Source: Paramicrosporidium saccamoebae KSL3 (Eukaryota > Fungi > Cryptomycota). From it: a stretch of DNA of 5,331 nucleotides. The notes beneath the pieces were generated by a model that was not told the origin of the DNA, searched no databases, and saw nothing but the letters and a program-made list of their open reading frames with translations. The number at the start of each line of letters is the position of its first letter. The stretch's first letter is position 1. The stretch spans positions 6,461-11,791 of the forward strand of contig MTSL01000162.1 of assembly GCA_002794465.1 (NCBI GenBank). Direction: 5' to 3'. Below, piece after piece: positions 1 to 5,331 of this stretch. The position numbers were made by a program, and so were the translations under genes.

Positions 1-456
1 ACTGTTCAGAGGAATATTTTGGAATGGCTTCAACGAATCCCTCTTAGTAACAACATGCCAAACATTGACTTGCTCCAACCATCCCATTTTCTGGAGCATG
101 TTTAGTCTAGATTCGGGAGTCTCCGCCGTAGTACCACAAGTGTCCCAGCTCCATTGCGGAGTGAGAAGCTCTCGTATATGCTCCCCGCACAGAATCGCAC
201 CCCGTCCCTTATACTTTGTTTCATTTGGAAGGCTTGTAATTTTCTCCCAAACGTGACGCTCCGATAGATTGGCTAATGACATTATGCTAGCAACGGTATT
301 ATCATCATCGTGGTCAAAGAGAATATCGAAATTTGTTGTCATATTCGGACCACATTCTTCGGACGGATAGTTGGGCCCAGACCCGCCAAAGGAAGCAGCT
401 GTCGGGTTGACAAGGACGAGGGAAAGGACTAGCCGCGTGAGAGCATTATATCTCAC
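1..456 (-). CDS. 5'-partial gene or start-loss pseudogene, near-identical paralogue of the 4902 gene; runs off the window start
   Basis: 152 open codons from GTG 456-454: VRYNALTRLVLSLVLVNPTAASFGGSGPNYPSEECGPNMTTNFDILFDHDDDNTVASIMSLANLSERHVWEKITSLPNETKYKGRG...VVTKRDSLKPFQNIPLNS. There is an in-frame TGA upstream at 498-496. The first in-frame ATG (342-340) lies after the signal peptide. Confidence 0.75.
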   Translation of the reverse strand, partial: MRYNALTRLVLSLVLVNPTAASFGGSGPNYPSEECGPNMTTNFDILFDHDDDNTVASIMSLANLSERHVWEKITSLPNETKYKGRGAILCGEHIRELLTPQWSWDTCGTTAETPESRLNMLQKMGWLEQVNVWHVVTKRDSLKPFQNIPLNS

Positions 457-593
457 GAGAGAGCCGAAGTGGCGGCCTGTCAGACAGGGTATCGCTCATA
501 CCGTTTTATTAATGCGTTCCAATTGGCTATTTTCCTGTCTATTTAATCGATGCATTTAATTAACTGCAATACCACTGATTAAACATTCCCATG
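42..593. repeat. Left arm of a long inverted repeat (pairs with 4751-5331)
   Basis: 42-217 is the exact reverse complement of 5156-5331 (176 bp). Similarity is clear to ~565 and weaker to ~593 (attaaacattcccat vs attaaatcctcccat). The arm probably extends beyond the window. Confidence 0.97.
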
Positions 594-598
594 TCTAT

Positions 599-661
599 TT
601 TATTAACGTCTTTAATTAGTTGCCCTTGGGCCATCTATAGTCTTTAATAGATCGTTTTATT
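599..661 (-). terminator. Candidate polyadenylation signals of the HECT-like gene
   Basis: AATAAA on the minus strand at 661-656 and 604-599, in an AT-rich stretch ~45 and ~100 nt after the stop codon. Confidence 0.5.
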
Positions 662-704
662 GTAGACTCTATCGTCATTGTTAAATTATTGCCTACTCCT
701 ATCA

Positions 705-3700
705 CTACTGAGAAGAGTTTTCCTGTTCTGTGATCATAATATCAGAAAACAGCTTTTCTCCATTTAGCCAGTGAACAAAGCTCATAAGCATGGCCATCGA
801 AGAATCCGCCTTTGGCACGCTAATCATGAAATGGCAAGTAGTAGTCCTTGTGGGGAAAAATGAGCCATCCGAAGTGGTTTCGGCAGCCAACTGAGCAGCC
901 GGCGGGACACCGAGCATCATGCTCTGGATTTTGGCGGCCTTGCCCATAAATACGATATAATCGAGGCCAGGTTGCAGAACGGGATGGGGATTGTCAATGT
1001 GGCTAACGCCCTTGACGATCGTACCAGGCGGCAGGGCACTCCAGGATTCCTCCTCAGCAATGTTTTCGAGTTGCTCGGGATCTATTACGCGTTTCACTTC
1101 GACTTCCATGACAGGTACAGCACCATCACCACCGGCTTCGGCAGCTCTAATCTCGACCTCCTCCACTACCTGGTTCGATTCGGAAACGCTGTTACCACCA
1201 TGGTCTCCCTCAACAGTCATCGTATGCTTCTCCGAGGCCTTTTCAAAAGAGTAGAAGGCTCTAACATGCTTCTCTGCTTGCACAGGTCTGCTGAATACTA
1301 CCTCAAAGATTTTATCTCCAAGGCGCTTTGCGGAGGATCCCGCCCACATATCGAGAAGTCTTCTTTTTTGCTCTCCATTCGTTGCATACACAAACGACTT
1401 GAACGAATCTACCAACGAAATTTCCACTCCAGGAATCAGCGATTTGACCATAATGTCCTTACCGTCAGCGTCCTGGAAATTTAAAAACTTGGTTACTTCA
1501 AAGATCTGCGCTCCAGTAACATCAGCCGGATTCATGGTCTTCTCGAACAGATTGTAATCCGAAAGGTACTTGAGATTATCCATTTTCAAAGTGTAACTCA
1601 TGCCCTTGTAAACTTCCTGAATAAATGCGGTAAATTCCTGCAACAACTTTGAGCGTAGGGGCTCCATGTATTGACTCTCGACCTCCTCGAGCGTCAGTGC
1701 GACGTCAAGCTCAGCATACTCCCCCAAATTCTTGGTACCAGTCACAAGATTGCTCTTGGCAGTCAATGAATGGAACGTGATAACTTCTAGTTTGAGTGCA
1801 GAAGCATCCTCGAGCAAAGGGCCTGAATAGGTGCAGTCACAGCTATTGCCGTCATGAACAGGACACTGTCTTCCATTTTCCCTGTAGCTTTTGTCTTGCA
1901 TAAAGTCATAGCCAAGGAAGGAACCTGCGAAGGCCTTCAGCTTGCCTTTGTAGGTCTTTGAAAAGTACTCGGAAATCTTTTCCGTAGTAGGGTCGCACAA
2001 CAGGACGAGCAGGGATGGATCAATCAGGAATGCACTTCTCAGTCCTTGCTGGGCGCCTTTGCCTAGGATTGCCCCCAAAGTGCCACCGGCTCCTCTACTA
2101 ATTGCCAACTCTGGGCAACGTGTGATAAAATCATTCTCAGATATTCCACACATGAGCTTAGAGTCAATATGTTTTAACGTGTCAGTGAGTAAGGCTCTCC
2201 TGGGGCCACCAACGTCATTAAATGTTCCAACACTACCTTGATTGTCAGCAATTTTCATGTAATAATTGGCAAAGCGATTGGGTTCAGTGGCAATCTTGGA
2301 GAGAAAATCCTCAATGTTAAATGTGGAGCTGTCAGTATCATAATCAACCGTCAGTATATCGTTGTTTTCTGGGAAGCTAACAAGTAATAGATCCAAGAGT
2401 TCCTTTTCAGTTTCAGCCATAGCATACAAAGCTGGTGCAAGCTCGACGAAATCCCCGAGTGCCGCCATAATTGCCGTACGAGCACCCGAACGGTCTCCAG
2501 TCTCATCACTTTTGAATACACGGTTGATTTGGGCAACGCATTCACGGGCAGCTGGCATTCTGTAGCGGATCATGGCAGAGCAAAAACGAAAAACGTTGCT
2601 TGGAGGGTTGTATAGCTCTACTTCATCTGGATTAGACTGTACGAATGTGTTCAATTCCCCAAAAGCCTCATCTATCATAGAAGCAACCAAGGCGGGTTCG
2701 CTTTCATAGATACTCCTATCATTGATGAATGAATACAGCTGAATAAAGTCGATAAGATTTCCAAGCGGAATCGTAGCATCAGCAAAACTCTCCAAAAGAG
2801 TTTTATAATCACCAAAAGATATCCCTTCCTCAGCAGAGTAGATAGTACCAAAGCTACCTAAAATCTCTTTAATCTCGCGACTCTGGTCCTCAATGTCTTC
2901 CTTGTCTTCATGATATCTTTCAAAAGAGTCAAACAAACTCGCGGTTTCGGGAGCCACATGCTTGAGAATGTTTATGACAGTCTCGTCGGCAGTATTGGCG
3001 GCCATCTTGTTGCGACTCTCACTCAACAGCTTCACAATCGCAAAGGCGTTGCCGGGATTTTCCTGAAGCAACAAATTTACGAGCATTTCCATGCGAATCG
3101 CCATGACAGCTTGTAGGGCGGGTGGCTCCAAACTTCTAGCCACTTCAGCAAAAGCTGTAGCGAGGCTTTCTGCAAGCTCTGGCATCTTTTCGACGACAAA
3201 TGAAATGACGTTAGAGTCCAAAATGAGCCAGTTCAATTTACGGCCGTCGCGGAAGAAATCGTGGGCTATGATTTTATGAAGGCTGCCCGCAGTGGCAGGG
3301 GAAAGACGCGCCATTCCACCGCGAATATTGTCTTGCTCCAACAAAAAACTAAGGACTTCAGGGTCCACTGCTGACCAATATTTCCACGATGCCACGTTCA
3401 GTCCCTTAAACATAGTCAAGTCATCCTTCATGGTAAGGGCGCTCAATCCCGAAACTTTCGGCAAACACCCACTCTTATTTAGTTCTATATATCGGTCCGC
3501 GACTTTGGGAGGGGGAGAACCATCCTCTGGCCACGTCCATTCCTCTTCCATAAGCTGTCGGACATGATCTTCGTTTATAAAGTCACACTTGGAACTCGCT
3601 GCTGCCGAGCATTCTGGACATTGTGCAATATCCCGATAGTTCTTAGGATCACTCATGATAGCCATTCTCATGACACCGCTAATCTCTTCCAAGGGGTATC

Positions 3701-3863
3701 TGAAGAGGTCCAGGCAGTTCAACTCGAGTTTTATCTTGGTATGTGGTCCAGGAGTCTCAAGGCTAGGCCCTCCATGTACTGATGTTGGTTGCCCAACTAA
3801 CGTGCTACACGATGCATACTCAAGACTTAGCGTCAGGAATAGGACAAGTGGTGTCACCATCAT
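705..3863 (-). CDS. Putative secreted protein with a C-terminal divergent HECT-type E3 ubiquitin ligase domain (1052 aa)
   Basis: Uninterrupted 3.16 kb ORF with caaagATG start context and a hydrophobic N-terminus. HECT-like motifs occur in canonical order: D550-VGGPRR (cf. DxGGxxRE), L596-GAILGKG (cf. GxxxGxA), F821-KSFVYATNGEQKRRLLDMWAGSS (cf. FWxxxxxxxxExRxxLLxFxTGSS) and PTRTTTC1010HFMISVP (cf. PTSHTCFNxLxLP). Confidence 0.85.
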   Translation of the reverse strand: MMVTPLVLFLTLSLEYASCSTLVGQPTSVHGGPSLETPGPHTKIKLELNCLDLFRYPLEEISGVMRMAIMSDPKNYRDIAQCPECSAAASSKCDFINEDHVRQLMEEEWTWPEDGSPPPKVADRYIELNKSGCLPKVSGLSALTMKDDLTMFKGLNVASWKYWSAVDPEVLSFLLEQDNIRGGMARLSPATAGSLHKIIAHDFFRDGRKLNWLILDSNVISFVVEKMPELAESLATAFAEVARSLEPPALQAVMAIRMEMLVNLLLQENPGNAFAIVKLLSESRNKMAANTADETVINILKHVAPETASLFDSFERYHEDKEDIEDQSREIKEILGSFGTIYSAEEGISFGDYKTLLESFADATIPLGNLIDFIQLYSFINDRSIYESEPALVASMIDEAFGELNTFVQSNPDEVELYNPPSNVFRFCSAMIRYRMPAARECVAQINRVFKSDETGDRSGARTAIMAALGDFVELAPALYAMAETEKELLDLLLVSFPENNDILTVDYDTDSSTFNIEDFLSKIATEPNRFANYYMKIADNQGSVGTFNDVGGPRRALLTDTLKHIDSKLMCGISENDFITRCPELAISRGAGGTLGAILGKGAQQGLRSAFLIDPSLLVLLCDPTTEKISEYFSKTYKGKLKAFAGSFLGYDFMQDKSYRENGRQCPVHDGNSCDCTYSGPLLEDASALKLEVITFHSLTAKSNLVTGTKNLGEYAELDVALTLEEVESQYMEPLRSKLLQEFTAFIQEVYKGMSYTLKMDNLKYLSDYNLFEKTMNPADVTGAQIFEVTKFLNFQDADGKDIMVKSLIPGVEISLVDSFKSFVYATNGEQKRRLLDMWAGSSAKRLGDKIFEVVFSRPVQAEKHVRAFYSFEKASEKHTMTVEGDHGGNSVSESNQVVEEVEIRAAEAGGDGAVPVMEVEVKRVIDPEQLENIAEEESWSALPPGTIVKGVSHIDNPHPVLQPGLDYIVFMGKAAKIQSMMLGVPPAAQLAAETTSDGSFFPTRTTTCHFMISVPKADSSMAMLMSFVHWLNGEKLFSDIMITEQENSSQ
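747..2246 (-). other. HECT-like domain (aa ~540-1039) with an insertion in the C-lobe
   Basis: Four ordered HECT motifs. Cys1010 has Pro at +7 and Phe at +29 (F1039), the same spacing as the catalytic Cys, LxLP proline and conserved C-terminal Phe in NEDD4/E6AP as recalled. Confidence 0.75.
3804..3863 (-). other. Predicted signal peptide (aa ~1-20)
   Basis: MMVTPLVLFLTLSLEYASCS has a hydrophobic core followed by small residues (A-S-C-S) resembling a cleavage site. Judged by eye, not predicted computationally. Confidence 0.7.
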
Positions 3864-4066
3864 CTTTGCAAGAATTCTCGTCGACCAGGGTTAGCAGCTG
3901 CTTAAACCAGATGGGGAGGGGGCCAAAATCCCTGAAGTGTCAAAGGCCTTATGAGGTCTATAGTAACAACCCTGGTAGTTGACCCAAAAAGATTTTTTAA
4001 TAAACGTGTGGTTGTGAGGTTGGTTTGGATGGATGTAGAGGCCCTGTTAAACAGCACTCACTTATC

Positions 4067-4071
4067 ATTGG
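4067..4071 (-). promoter_or_regulatory. Possible CCAAT box upstream of the HECT-like gene
   Basis: ATTGG on the plus strand, ~204 nt upstream of ATG 3863. A short motif that could occur by chance. Confidence 0.25.
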
Positions 4072-4810
4072 TGGGTCCGGCCCAGATAGCGATCCCACAA
4101 TCAATCCTTGTTATATTATGAGGTAGCGGAATATTTAGCTAGGTGCTTGTCCGAATATGAAATGAAGAGTCAAGGAGTGAAATAAAACAGAATGTCCGGC
4201 TTTTCAAGGCTTGATCACATCGACACTATACCGGCGAGTCCATGAAAACCAGTAATAAAGTATTCCTTGTCGCTCATATATACTGACATTGTGGTGTCGC
4301 GTAGTGGGGGTAATACCACGGACTTTCAGGTGAGACAAAATGATAACTCGTTCACTGGTGCACTCTTGATCTAACGACACATTTATAGTTTTACAAATAA
4401 CATGATGATCCTAAAATATTTAGCTGGTCAATCCTCTGCGTCCCAAAGGCATCACAGGCTTTAGTAAGACTGATTTGTTCATCAACAGGCCATTTGTCCC
4501 TGATCCGTGGGCGTGGTATGCCACACTATCTCTGTGATGCAACCATAAGTAGCAGGGGAAGGTGCCACGGAAAAACTCATATAAAAAGAGGAGTTGTCCA
4601 CTGGTAATAACTGAATAGTAAAGTTGCAGATCCCACTGTCCCCCTTTGGATTTCCCAAACTGGAGAATCCTCCTCAAATACCCAGCCAATCAATTCATTC
4701 TACCCCAAAAGAGTTCTATAGACCCCATATTCGCGACCATGGCCCTATGGATGGGAGGATTTAATAGCGTATAATTGATTAACTGCATCGATCAAATAGA
4801 CACGGAATAG

Positions 4811-4837
4811 CCAATCAGTGATGCCTCAACCAATTGG
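4811..4837 (+). promoter_or_regulatory. Two CCAAT boxes upstream of the 4902 gene
   Basis: CCAATCAG at 4811 (NF-Y-like) and CCAATTGG at 4830, about 70-90 nt before the ATG. The left arm keeps only one (519-526). Confidence 0.45.
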
Positions 4838-4901
4838 AGTGCATCGATGAAACAGTTTAAGAGCACTGCCCTGTCTGGCAAGCCACCACTTTGACCAGCT
4901 C

Positions 4902-5331
4902 ATGAAGTATAGCGCTTTCACACGACTAGTCCTTCCCCTCATCCTTGTCGACCCGACAGCTGCTTCTTTTGGTGGACCTGGGTCCAACTATCCGTCCGTC
5001 CGTCCACCGTCTGAAGAATGTGGTCTGAATATGACAGTAGATCTCGATACTCTCTTTGACCACGATGACGATAATGCCGTCGCTAGCATAATGTCATTAG
5101 CCAATCTCTCGGAGCGTCGCGTTTGGGAGGAAATTACAAGCCTTCCAAATGAAAAAAAGTATAAGGGACGGGGTGCGATTCTGTGCGGGGAGCATATACG
5201 AGAGCTTCTCACTCCGCAATGGAGCTGGGACACTTGTGGTACTACGGCGGAGACTCCCGAATCTAGACTAAACATGCTCCAGAAAATGGGATGGTTGGAG
5301 CAAGTCAATGTTTGGCATGTTGTTACTAAGA
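4902..5331 (+). CDS. 5'-partial gene for a putative secreted protein, paralogue of the central gene; runs off the window end
   Basis: 143 open codons from ATG 4902 (upstream in-frame TGA at 4848-4850): MKYSAFTRLVLPLILVDPTAASFGGPGSNYPSVRPPSEECGLNMTVDLDTLFDHDDDNAVASIMSLANLSERRVWEEITSLPNEKKYKGRGAILCGEHIRELLTPQWSWDTCGTTAETPESRLNMLQKMGWLEQVNVWHVVTK. It has a signal-like N-terminus and aligns with aa ~44-145 of the central protein. It is absent from the ORF track, presumably because it has no stop in the window. Confidence 0.85.
   Translation, partial: MKYSAFTRLVLPLILVDPTAASFGGPGSNYPSVRPPSEECGLNMTVDLDTLFDHDDDNAVASIMSLANLSERRVWEEITSLPNEKKYKGRGAILCGEHIRELLTPQWSWDTCGTTAETPESRLNMLQKMGWLEQVNVWHVVTK

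Larger units (their letters stand above)
4751..5331. repeat. Right arm of the long inverted repeat (pairs with 42-593), truncated by the window end
   Basis: Direct base-by-base comparison with the left arm. It carries two extra segments relative to the left arm, of 15 bp and 19 bp. Confidence 0.97.

Noticed and set aside
65-256. 63-aa plus-strand ORF and its mirror 4988-5308 (minus)
   Set aside because: Both begin at TTG or another non-ATG codon and are antisense shadows of the real outward-pointing genes. They match each other only because of the inverted repeat.
371-559. 62-aa plus-strand ORF
   Set aside because: It has a TTG start, lies antisense to the left paralogue's signal-peptide region and promoter, and shows no features.
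972-1484. 170-aa plus-strand ORF and the other small plus or alternate-frame ORFs within 705-3982
   Set aside because: They overlap the 1052-aa CDS antisense or out of frame and have no recognisable motifs, as expected for shadow ORFs.
3961-3970. TAGTAACAAC, identical to 45-54
   Set aside because: An isolated 10-mer with no flanking similarity, compatible with chance.
4420-4689. 89-aa minus-strand ORF as a standalone gene
   Set aside because: It starts at TTG in an apparently eukaryotic locus and has no recognisable domain. It is kept only as a low-interest finding.
42-5331. Terminal inverted repeats of a transposon, Maverick/Polinton element or linear replicon
   Set aside because: No transposase, integrase, polymerase or capsid gene is present. 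The repeats are coding 5' ends of genes, with identity increasing outward, and no element terminus or target-site duplication is visible.
42-5331. Hairpin or dsRNA-producing locus
   Set aside because: The two arm genes are transcribed outward and give same-sense RNAs. A fold-back would need one transcript spanning both arms, for which there is no evidence.
1-5331. Bacterial origin, which would make the GTG start normal
   Set aside because: No Shine-Dalgarno-like site precedes any of the three starts, while CCAAT, AATAAA and Kozak-like signals and a eukaryote-type HECT favour a eukaryote. A bacterial or viral origin is not formally excluded.

Overview
This is a probably eukaryotic locus with no sign of introns in the main gene; the CCAAT boxes, AATAAA signals, A at -3 of the main ATG and lack of Shine-Dalgarno sites point that way. 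The centre holds a 1052-aa gene (705-3863, minus) with a signal peptide, a helical N-terminal region and a divergent HECT E3 ubiquitin-ligase-like C-terminus (candidate catalytic Cys1010). The window ends form a ~550-580 bp inverted repeat (about 42-593 vs 4751-5331) that is cut by the window edge. Each arm is the promoter plus 5' end of an outward-pointing secreted-protein gene that the ORF track missed: 4902->5331+ (ATG start) and 456->1 on the minus strand (GTG at the equivalent position). Manual alignment shows both are distant paralogues of the central gene through a shared ~115-aa N-terminal domain. Arm identity falls from 100% distally to ~83% at the start codons. The overall picture is a three-gene cluster of putative secreted effectors whose geometry could allow inversion-based switching. 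The organism cannot be identified; an intracellular parasite is an inference.
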